Assembly: GCA_947589465.1 (NCBI GenBank)
Contig: CANQAE010000013.1
Location: 1-32,000 of the forward strand
Reading direction: 5' to 3'
Source of the DNA: an uncultured Clostridia bacterium
GTDB taxonomy: Bacteria > Bacillota > Clostridia > Christensenellales > Pumilibacteraceae
Length of the DNA stretch: 32,000 nucleotides
The position numbers and the translations under genes were made by a program. The notes below the pieces were generated by a model, which was not told where the DNA came from, searched no databases, and saw nothing but the letters and a program-made list of their open reading frames with translations. Positions 8,801 through 15,560 of the stretch are shown piece after piece; within the stretch, counting starts at the first letter, position 1; each line of letters opens with the position of its first letter.

Positions 8801-11512
8801 AATTCCCCTGCGCTCATTACGATCAAGGTAGATATTTCGCTAGGAGCGGGCGGATACGAGGACAGCGTTATTACCGTCAACAACGATCAAGAGAGCAGTA
8901 GTTCGCTTTTGAAACTTCTCGACGATCTCAATATAAATCTCGAACTCGACAGCATAGGAGATAAGGTCCGTGAAGCGGTAGACAATTTGCGCGGCAACGA
9001 CCAAGTGGATATCGAACTCGGCGCGGACGGAATAAAGATAGACAATCTTTTCGAAGTCGTAAGCACGAAAATGGCAAAGGGCGAAGAAACAGATCTTTCG
9101 GCAGACGACGTTAAATTTTTGATGGATTCGCTACTCAATTCGAACATGATCACGCCCGACAAGGAGAACGACTTCCGCAATTGGTACTACGGTAGCGCGA
9201 GCGACAAGAGCGAAAGCGGTTGGGTATACGGTTCGGGCAAAGCCGATCCCGATCTTGCCATAGACTTCGGCGAAAAACTCAACGAGGACTTGCTCCGCGC
9301 TTATGCGTTAAAGACAATGAGCGACGCGGGCAAGGAATATACTTTGACTGATACTATGTCGCTGTTCGGACTCGGTTCGGGCGACAGCACGGACGAATTT
9401 ATCGACCGTATTGACAAGACGGCGCTCGAAGAAAAGGTGTTCAACGAACTCGAAGATCTCAATGTGGACAATCGCAGACTCGGTGCGCTCGTAATAAGCA
9501 ACTTTGGTGACTTCATAGGCGGCGCGGAAGATATTACTGCGGAAGATATCTTGTATGTCGCAATAAGCAAAAATGGCGCGGACAGTTTGCTTACGGTCGC
9601 GGTAAAAATTTCCGTTTCGGAGAAGATAGCGGTGGGCGACGTACAACAATTCCAAAGTTTGTTGCCCGAATTTGCGACCGCGACGGTAACGATAGATATA
9701 ACAAAAGGCAAGACTGTATATGCGAACACGGTTATCGAATATAACAATTTAGGCGATAAGACGAACGATCTTCTCGATATCATTCGAAGGATAAGCGACG
9801 TGCAACTCGATTTCAACGATGTTGCCGCTTCGGTAAGAAATGCGCTTAATAATCTCGGCGACACCGTAGATGTGACTTACGGCGAGAATGCGCTCGTTCT
9901 TCCCAATCTGTTTTCGGTTATGAACGACGTTTTGTTTGAGAACTTGTACGAGGAAAAAGGCGACGAAAAGATCCAATCGGCGCTTCGCGGAGTGTATGCT
10001 TCGAGCGAAACCGAAATTACTGACGACGGCGAAAATATGACGCGCGCAGAACAATACAAGAAACAGAAAATAACTCCGTCTATTCAAAGCGGTAAGGCGT
10101 TTGCGCCAAATAAGGATTACATCGGCTTTATGAACGAAATAAAGGATAAGTACTTCCTCCAAGGCACGCTTGCTTCGATTAATGACTTCGATTCCCTGTA
10201 TGAACAAATTAAGATAGACGATTTCAATGCCGCAGATATAAACATAAGCGACGAGAACGGACTTGCGTATACGACCCGCAAAATCAAAGGCGAAAATGAC
10301 AGCGACAGGGAGAACGATCTCACGCCGATCATGTCTTACGGAGATCTCGGCGCAGTCCTGAAAGATCATATGACCTCCGACATGAATGTCGAAATCCTTT
10401 CGATCGAAGTTTCCGAAAGGGGAGCGAAAAAACTTGTTATGAACGTTTCGATAGCGCTTGACGAATTGTTCAAAGACAAGGGCGATATGTCGAAAATCAT
10501 AAGCGTTAAAAAATTATTCGCAAAAATAGTAACCGACCTCAATACGGCGACAGACAATTCGTATAAGACTGTCGTAACCCTTAACGATATGAAAGATGAG
10601 CAACAAAAGACGCTAAAAGACATCATAGGCAAGTTCGGCGCAACGGGCGGCGACGCCGATATTGCCGATCTCGAAAGGAAGATAGGCGAGGCGGTCTACG
10701 ATGCGTTCGGCGTTTTGGATGCGGCATATAAAGACAATTACGAAATTCACGAGGGCGGAATAGAGTTTTGTGACATTTTTACATTCATAGGCAAAAACGC
10801 AATCGGAATGGAAACGGAATACGAAGGGGACGATATAAGAGCGGCTTTGCAGGGAATGTACGAGGCGAAGAACGGTGACAATGCGAACAACAATGAAAAC
10901 AACTATGTTGTCGATAAGATCATACGAAACCCCGTTACTACAAAGCCGTCGATAACAACTACGTTGGACGATGCTCAGTTCGGTGCGACGGTAAAAGAGT
11001 CTATAGGCGAAGTCGGCACGCTCGAACAATTAAGTATTCTCACAAAGTCGCCGTCGGCTTCCTCCAATCAAACGGAGGACAGAAAAATCCTCGATGAACT
11101 CGGCTATACGCTCACGAACGAAAATACGTATATTCTGGTTACGTTAAAAGCGGACATTAATAAGATGAGCGGCGAAACGGAATGGAGCGGGAGCAACAAC
11201 GGAAAGGCGATTTTGCCCAATGATATGTACTTGACTTTTATCCTCAAATACAATGAGGATACGAAACAATTCGATTACGAAAATTTCGTACTCAACAATA
11301 TGACGAATGACACCCTAACCGTGCTCCTGAAATTGACGGGCATAGGTAACGCAAGCGAAAATATCGCTGCCAATGCGGATATCTGCCTCAATAAAATCAA
11401 CGAAGCACTAACAACCGTTTCGTTGGTTCCGGGAATAACGACAAATTATCATTTCGAAGAAAATACTTCTATGGGTTCCAAAATTCGCGGAAAGATCGTG
11501 TACGAAAACTGA
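5816..11512 (+). CDS. Giant (1,898 aa) N-terminally membrane-anchored, highly acidic repeat protein; no family recognised
   Basis: Uninterrupted 5.7-kb ORF with a TTG start at 5816 and a GAGGAAAG SD at 5804-5811. The first in-frame Met is residue 105, after the membrane span. K/E/N-rich N-terminus ends in KKQKKFKESKQKKKRG, followed by one hydrophobic span (aa 79-106, nt 6050-6133) and about 1,790 D/E/N-rich residues. It has its own promoter and terminator. Confidence 0.85.
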   Translation: MSNELKDVNNDDPALNEKELGGETDTENKTEPEKIEDSNENSANKNSADGKTANEVTADVKTKKQKKFKESKQKKKRGCFFYGCLSLLIFNFVCVCLLIGVGWVMGDQYSRQYLGMGLTETFDVVTGVVKSNDSVVDNPYGEGDEDKFYDALGDALFLNHGVVDGDELKTYVTDGIKNEEDMGAYMGDYAVSLLTADNINQERLDLIDDNNLDTFNFKVTDRQLAAFLDGIIDSVAEDLLVDMILGDDFDAESYGLDVESLHFEDYIALNQITLHVENRTVGGVSTPVNMAKLTVSVSLHKIIDEVTKALDVDKFVDNQLQSAASMKSLVSFGFGSAPGLLKMILPATFYITIDMGLSHNVEPDLFINNMNGEKMTKLYSLLKSTGLDIQSELNNIFVEEEGAVKEALDSTNEIVPLGEIFTDGGINCDLYQKIIDFSKLNYEQTDEGERLKPEAQRITSTDVLKTLQLVLSDSSAYRERLKNQEYSYKSWQFKHNADGGIVIENGEPAIEFTPEYYDVNCKDIKALIDDYNELILSRFSNCYGLKRDENTTVDSIISAFGDGEFDQNTILDLFDAQKIKKIISGDDPSSLVIDDKMLAAIVINLMDSINSEAGLNDGDIDIEYIHIEERNNGGVKHHILNAGINLNVASIVESKADNELISKIVKGLAEKFLVEAAIDITIVNEEDRDGFKYEDTVLRINDRSASAIDKILTSLGVFGSDENGENITFTGFMDSSLSTVRDTIGNLGKLPNLQLQSSALKLPDVYDALSAVINGEKTEGEKGYIERNTLKDALSLLINDGPLADESATNPYSIYGDSEANKQRFSDYNQKCADALLDELGKKYGLDYTADDGEDYTLAEVLYILGIGDTATERVQDKDIYGLLGKDKLSAISARDGDWSNDLKVNIQNVIYTDNNGSEGRDMLTALIRQVMFANGNPFEDLGDALNENSLLYVKLSGTGNKLYMTIAVKAILSELIPADEENSAITDFVKSLLPNSPALITIKVDISLGAGGYEDSVITVNNDQESSSSLLKLLDDLNINLELDSIGDKVREAVDNLRGNDQVDIELGADGIKIDNLFEVVSTKMAKGEETDLSADDVKFLMDSLLNSNMITPDKENDFRNWYYGSASDKSESGWVYGSGKADPDLAIDFGEKLNEDLLRAYALKTMSDAGKEYTLTDTMSLFGLGSGDSTDEFIDRIDKTALEEKVFNELEDLNVDNRRLGALVISNFGDFIGGAEDITAEDILYVAISKNGADSLLTVAVKISVSEKIAVGDVQQFQSLLPEFATATVTIDITKGKTVYANTVIEYNNLGDKTNDLLDIIRRISDVQLDFNDVAASVRNALNNLGDTVDVTYGENALVLPNLFSVMNDVLFENLYEEKGDEKIQSALRGVYASSETEITDDGENMTRAEQYKKQKITPSIQSGKAFAPNKDYIGFMNEIKDKYFLQGTLASINDFDSLYEQIKIDDFNAADINISDENGLAYTTRKIKGENDSDRENDLTPIMSYGDLGAVLKDHMTSDMNVEILSIEVSERGAKKLVMNVSIALDELFKDKGDMSKIISVKKLFAKIVTDLNTATDNSYKTVVTLNDMKDEQQKTLKDIIGKFGATGGDADIADLERKIGEAVYDAFGVLDAAYKDNYEIHEGGIEFCDIFTFIGKNAIGMETEYEGDDIRAALQGMYEAKNGDNANNNENNYVVDKIIRNPVTTKPSITTTLDDAQFGATVKESIGEVGTLEQLSILTKSPSASSNQTEDRKILDELGYTLTNENTYILVTLKADINKMSGETEWSGSNNGKAILPNDMYLTFILKYNEDTKQFDYENFVLNNMTNDTLTVLLKLTGIGNASENIAANADICLNKINEALTTVSLVPGITTNYHFEENTSMGSKIRGKIVYEN

Positions 11513-11514
11513 CG

Positions 11515-11690
11515 TTTCGCGGCACGGCAAAAGCGTTTGTAGGTCTTGCGAAAGTTTTGGGCGGCAAAGCGGAGAATAACCGACGAAAGTAGGGACGCGG
11601 CAAAGCGGAACAGGTCGACTTAACGCGCGAAAGTTCGAGTCGCGGCAAAGTAGAGAATGATCGACCGACGGAAGTTCGGCAATATAAAAA
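11515..11690. repeat. Degenerate tandem repeat, 4 units of about 36-45 bp (GCGGCAAAG ... CGAAAGT)
   Basis: Exact GCGGCAAAG at 11561, 11597 and 11642, plus variant CGGCAAAAG at about 11526. Each is followed 23-31 bp later by CGAAAGT (11549, 11584, 11628) or CGGAAGT (11669). The array lies between the giant-gene stop (11512) and the terminator. Confidence 0.55.
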
Positions 11691-11693
11691 AAC

Positions 11694-11734
11694 AAAGCGT
11701 TTCATGAGGCATATGCCCATGAAACGCTTTTAAG
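11694..11734. terminator. Bidirectional rho-independent terminator shared by the giant gene and the convergent lipoprotein gene
   Basis: Near-perfect 37-nt palindrome AAAGCGTTTCATG-a-GGCATATGCC-CATGAAACGCTTT (11694-11730). It is flanked by AAAAAAA upstream (a U-run for the minus-strand transcript) and TTTTAA downstream. Confidence 0.8.
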
Positions 11735-11745
11735 GTTAATGAGTT

Positions 11746-12720
11746 TTATCGAACATTATCGAGTGTATAGATATTCGTATATTGTATGCCCGAAAAAGTA
11801 GAGGTTTCGTAACTTTTCATTTTGACGAGCATAAGCGAACTTATGTCGGGGTTACTGCTCTCGCGGTTTTTGTAGTACTTGCCCGCCGCGTACGAAGCAT
11901 ACAAATTTAATCCCGGTTTGTTGCCTTGCAAACTGAGCCTTGTGTCGTAGCAAACGATTTTGCCTGTTTCGGGGTCGCTTTCGTCGAAGTTGCCGATAAA
12001 GTCGGACGCCGAAACCGAAACGCCACGCGCCATTGAACAGTTAGCCGTCCAATCGGTCGCGAAAAACTTGTTTGCCGCAAAACATTCATACCAATTCACG
12101 ATGCTGAAATTTTGACTGAGAGAGCCGTTGATATTTCCGTCCTTTACTTTGAGAGCGTCAAGACCTTCGAACGCGCGCACGTAATACATCATATATTCGT
12201 TGTCAATGTAACTGCCTTCGAATTTGAGTTGACGGTCGCCTTTATTGTCAGTATATTTGGCTTCGCCCTTGTTGTAATCGACTTCGAAACTGTACGATAA
12301 GTCGGGAGTGGTTTGAAGTACGACCTCCTTTTTCGAATATACGGCGTACAAATTTGCCGCGGTAAATTCGACTGTTGAAGTTATTGTGTCAGTTTTGCCC
12401 GCAAAGTCGGGTCTTTCGCCACGGTATGTCAGCGAGAACTCGGTACTGAGGACGTACGAAGTTTCGTTGTTTTCGAGTTTGTTTTCGAGCGTCGTCTTGT
12501 AAGTTCCCTCCGCGGTGACTATCGGTTGCGTGTCGGTGGAAATGTCGGGATCGTAATCGCCCGCATATTGCGTCACAACGTACTCGCAAGTTTCACTTTG
12601 AAAACCTATATAACTCCACGGCAACAAGGTCTTTATTGCGGGGACGACAGGTTGAGCGCAGGCTACGCAACACAGCGTAATGCTCAAAACCGAGATAATT
12701 ACTGTAAAAAGTTTTTTCAT
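11746..12720 (-). CDS. Secreted protein or lipoprotein of unknown function
   Basis: Track start 12771 replaced by ATG 12720, with a GGAGAAG SD just upstream on the minus strand. The N-terminus MKKLFTVIISVLSITLCCVACAQP is a signal peptide with Cys residues in a lipobox-like position. The mature part is rich in T/S/Y/N and looks beta-rich. No motif recognised. Confidence 0.75.
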   Translation of the reverse strand: MKKLFTVIISVLSITLCCVACAQPVVPAIKTLLPWSYIGFQSETCEYVVTQYAGDYDPDISTDTQPIVTAEGTYKTTLENKLENNETSYVLSTEFSLTYRGERPDFAGKTDTITSTVEFTAANLYAVYSKKEVVLQTTPDLSYSFEVDYNKGEAKYTDNKGDRQLKFEGSYIDNEYMMYYVRAFEGLDALKVKDGNINGSLSQNFSIVNWYECFAANKFFATDWTANCSMARGVSVSASDFIGNFDESDPETGKIVCYDTRLSLQGNKPGLNLYASYAAGKYYKNRESSNPDISSLMLVKMKSYETSTFSGIQYTNIYTLDNVR

Positions 12721-12759
12721 TTTACTTCTCCAAACGAATTTTTTATTTCGATTGCGATA

Positions 12760-12788
12760 AGTGTACCACATTTTAGTTGATTTGGCAA
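12760..12788 (-). promoter_or_regulatory. Sigma-A-type promoter of the secreted-protein gene
   Basis: On the minus strand: TTGCCA (12788-12783), 17-nt spacer, TGgTACACT extended -10 (hexamer 12765-12760). It lies 40 nt upstream of the ATG at 12720. Confidence 0.5.
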
Positions 12789-12805
12789 TCTAAAAAGGTT
12801 AAAAT
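12777..12805 (+). promoter_or_regulatory. Candidate promoter of addB-addA
   Basis: TTGATT (12777-12782), 17-nt spacer, TAAAAT (12800-12805). Only 7 nt separate the -10 from the ATG at 12813. Confidence 0.4.
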
Positions 12806-12812
12806 ATAGAAG

Positions 12813-15560
12813 ATGATTGCAAATTTTATTTATTCCACAAGTTATTATGGAGCGCTTACGCAAATAATTGACAAAATAAACGGGCGTACCGCCCACCTGG
12901 ACGTAAAGCATTTGCTTATCGTTCCCGAACGATATACCTTGCTTGCCGAAAAAATGCTGTACGCGCAGTGCGACGGCTCGTTTGACGTCGAAGTTATGTC
13001 GCTCAGCCGACTTTTTTATCGTATGGAATTGTCCACGCCGCTTCTCAGTCGCGAGGGCGCGATAATGCTTATTCGCGGAATGCTACCGTCAATAGAACTA
13101 AAATGTTTTACGCGTTCGGCGTCTTTTCGGGGATTTTGCGAAAAGTTGTACGACGCTATCAACGACTTTGCCGCAAACGGAATAACGCCCGACAAGATCC
13201 CGACGACCACGCCGAAACTGTACGACCTCAAAGTCATTTACGAGGAATATTCGAAAAGGGTAAACGGCAAATTCGTGGACAGCATGGGCAAACTCGAATT
13301 ACTTGCCGTCGGTGCGAAAACGAGCGAATATTTGAATAATACGCATATATACATAGCAAATTACGACCATGTGGACAAGGCTACGCGAAAAGTTTTCGAC
13401 GTACTCAAAGATCGCGCCCTCTCATACACCGAATGTGTAGTGAAAGGCGAACCCGAAATTACTGCGTCCAAGCAAAAGTTTTGCGGGGAAGGCGCGGTGG
13501 CTGTCAAGAAGGTCGCCGAAATGTTGAGATACGAGTCTTATTGCGGGACTCCGTACGAAGATATGGCGGTTATAGGCGGCAACGTAGATTACGCGCGCGT
13601 AAAAAGAATATTCGAGGAGTTCGACATTCCTTGTTTTGTTGCGCAGAGTAAGAGCCTGTACGAGCATCCGCTGTCCGCGTTTTTGCTTTGTCTTTTCGAG
13701 TGCGCGTCGCGTCGTCGCCGTGCCGATTTCTTGACTCTTTCCAAAAATATTTACACCCATATCGACAAAACGGCAGCGGACAAGTTCGAAAATTACGTAA
13801 ACGCGCGCCTTGTGGATTACAAAGGATTTTACGAGCCGTTCGCGGACGAGGAGTGCGAAACGGTAAGACGCAAACTTGTAAGAATTGTCGATTTTTGCGA
13901 AAGTCGCATAAAGTCGGTGCGCGACGCAAAGAGTTTCGGCGATATGCTCGAAGATATATTTTCGGCGATCGACGCCGAACGTGTCACAGCGGCAAACGAG
14001 GGGACAGACTCGCCGATAGACAAGATGCGTACCCTCGCAAGGCTTATGCAAGAGGTGGGGATAGGCGGCAATTTCGAATTTGTTTCGTCAGTTTTTGCCG
14101 AGGGACTCAAAGCGACGAAGATGTCGTCTTTGCCGTACGAGGGCGGCGTGATAGTTGGCGACCCCGCTGCATTCAGGGGGGGACGGTATAAGTTTTTGGC
14201 GGTTATCGGCTTCGACGACGGATTTTTGCCGCAGATCTACGACGACAGTTCGCTTATCGGCGATGACGAAAAAGAACATTTCGCGCAGATGGAACGCGCC
14301 GAGGAAATTAATCTTCGATACGAGCGCGAACTTGCCGCAGTACTTGGTTCGGCGGACAAAATTTTGGTTACATACACCGAGCCATCGGGAATGGTCGAAG
14401 AACTTTTCGGCGACGCACCTATTGCAAAAGACGAGGGGATGCATGCTGTGGGAAGCAAAAAGCACGCGACCGAACTGCTAATTAATCTCGTCAGACGTTC
14501 GACAAAACTCGGCGAGGACTACGGCAAAGTCATTTCGGCTTTGTATGCGGCAACGGGCGCAAGCGACAAAATGTTCGTTCCGTACCGCACGGGCGAAATA
14601 AGCGGTGCGGACAAATTGTTTTTCCCTTATGGGACAACGAGCGTAAGTCAATTGCAAAGTTATTTCCGATGCCCGTTCGTGCATTTCGCCGATTACGGGT
14701 TGCGACTCAAAGACCGCGAGCGAGGGGAAGTTACCCCGCTTGATGTCGGCAGTCTGCTTCACACGGTCGCCGAAAAGGTGGTTCGCGGCGGATATTTCGA
14801 CAATATTGAGGAGGTTGTGGACAAAGTAATAGGCGAGTCTGTCGCAGGAAGTAAATTGGAACTCGAAGCAAACAAAGAGATCCTCGACGCGCTCCGAAAA
14901 GAGGCGGTGGAAGCGATGAAAATATACGTTTCGCATATCAAAAAAGGCAAATTCAGACCGATCGGACAGGAAATAAAATTCGAAACCAAACTCGGCGACG
15001 TCAAACTTTCGGGCAAGATAGATATGGCAGACGAATATAGCGGCTATGTGCGATTGATAGATTACAAGACGGGCGACTACAAACTCGACTTCGGCGACGT
15101 ATATTACGGCAAGAAGATCCAACTTCCGCTCTATATGGCGGCAGCAGTCAAGGTGGGATACAAAAAAGCCGCCATGTTCAATTATCCTTTTTCGTATAAT
15201 TGGCTCGGCGACAGATATTCGCACAGGTTTTCCGGCTTTCTGCTTGACGACGAGGACGTTATAAACGCGGTTGACGATACTTTCGGCGAGGCAGAGAGCG
15301 AGGTCTTTCAGTTGAAACTCGGCAAAAACGGCAAATTGAGTCGCAACGAATGTTTATTGAAAGCAGACGAAATGGACAATCTGGTCGATTATGCCGTTCG
15401 GCTCGGACAAAATGCGATAAAGGAAATGAAAGAAGGATATGCGGTAGCATCTCCGTGTGAAAAAGTATGCTCGTATTGCAGTTACAAGTGCCTTTGCGCC
15501 GAAAAGAAAATTAGAAAATTCGATTCGATAAAAAAATCGGTCTTTAAGGGGGAAGAATGA
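12813..15560 (+). CDS. addB: ATP-dependent helicase/nuclease subunit B (AddB/RexB type, no Walker A)
   Basis: 915 aa. C-terminal RecB-family nuclease motif GKIDMADEYSGYVRLIDYKTG followed by QLPLYMAA. Fe-S cluster cysteines at YFRCPFVHF and SPCEKVCSYCSYKCLC. Where Bacillus AddB carries GSGKT, the N-terminus reads YSTSYYGALTQ. The stop overlaps the addA start (ATGA at 15557-15560). Confidence 0.9.
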   Translation: MIANFIYSTSYYGALTQIIDKINGRTAHLDVKHLLIVPERYTLLAEKMLYAQCDGSFDVEVMSLSRLFYRMELSTPLLSREGAIMLIRGMLPSIELKCFTRSASFRGFCEKLYDAINDFAANGITPDKIPTTTPKLYDLKVIYEEYSKRVNGKFVDSMGKLELLAVGAKTSEYLNNTHIYIANYDHVDKATRKVFDVLKDRALSYTECVVKGEPEITASKQKFCGEGAVAVKKVAEMLRYESYCGTPYEDMAVIGGNVDYARVKRIFEEFDIPCFVAQSKSLYEHPLSAFLLCLFECASRRRRADFLTLSKNIYTHIDKTAADKFENYVNARLVDYKGFYEPFADEECETVRRKLVRIVDFCESRIKSVRDAKSFGDMLEDIFSAIDAERVTAANEGTDSPIDKMRTLARLMQEVGIGGNFEFVSSVFAEGLKATKMSSLPYEGGVIVGDPAAFRGGRYKFLAVIGFDDGFLPQIYDDSSLIGDDEKEHFAQMERAEEINLRYERELAAVLGSADKILVTYTEPSGMVEELFGDAPIAKDEGMHAVGSKKHATELLINLVRRSTKLGEDYGKVISALYAATGASDKMFVPYRTGEISGADKLFFPYGTTSVSQLQSYFRCPFVHFADYGLRLKDRERGEVTPLDVGSLLHTVAEKVVRGGYFDNIEEVVDKVIGESVAGSKLELEANKEILDALRKEAVEAMKIYVSHIKKGKFRPIGQEIKFETKLGDVKLSGKIDMADEYSGYVRLIDYKTGDYKLDFGDVYYGKKIQLPLYMAAAVKVGYKKAAMFNYPFSYNWLGDRYSHRFSGFLLDDEDVINAVDDTFGEAESEVFQLKLGKNGKLSRNECLLKADEMDNLVDYAVRLGQNAIKEMKEGYAVASPCEKVCSYCSYKCLCAEKKIRKFDSIKKSVFKGEE

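Noticed and set aside
11408-11720. Two minus-strand ORFs (95 and 83 aa) spanning the GCGGCAAAG repeats, with recurring LCR / ALP peptide motifs.
   Set aside because: They overlap the giant-gene 3' end and the terminator palindrome, lack an SD, and their periodicity simply mirrors the DNA repeat.
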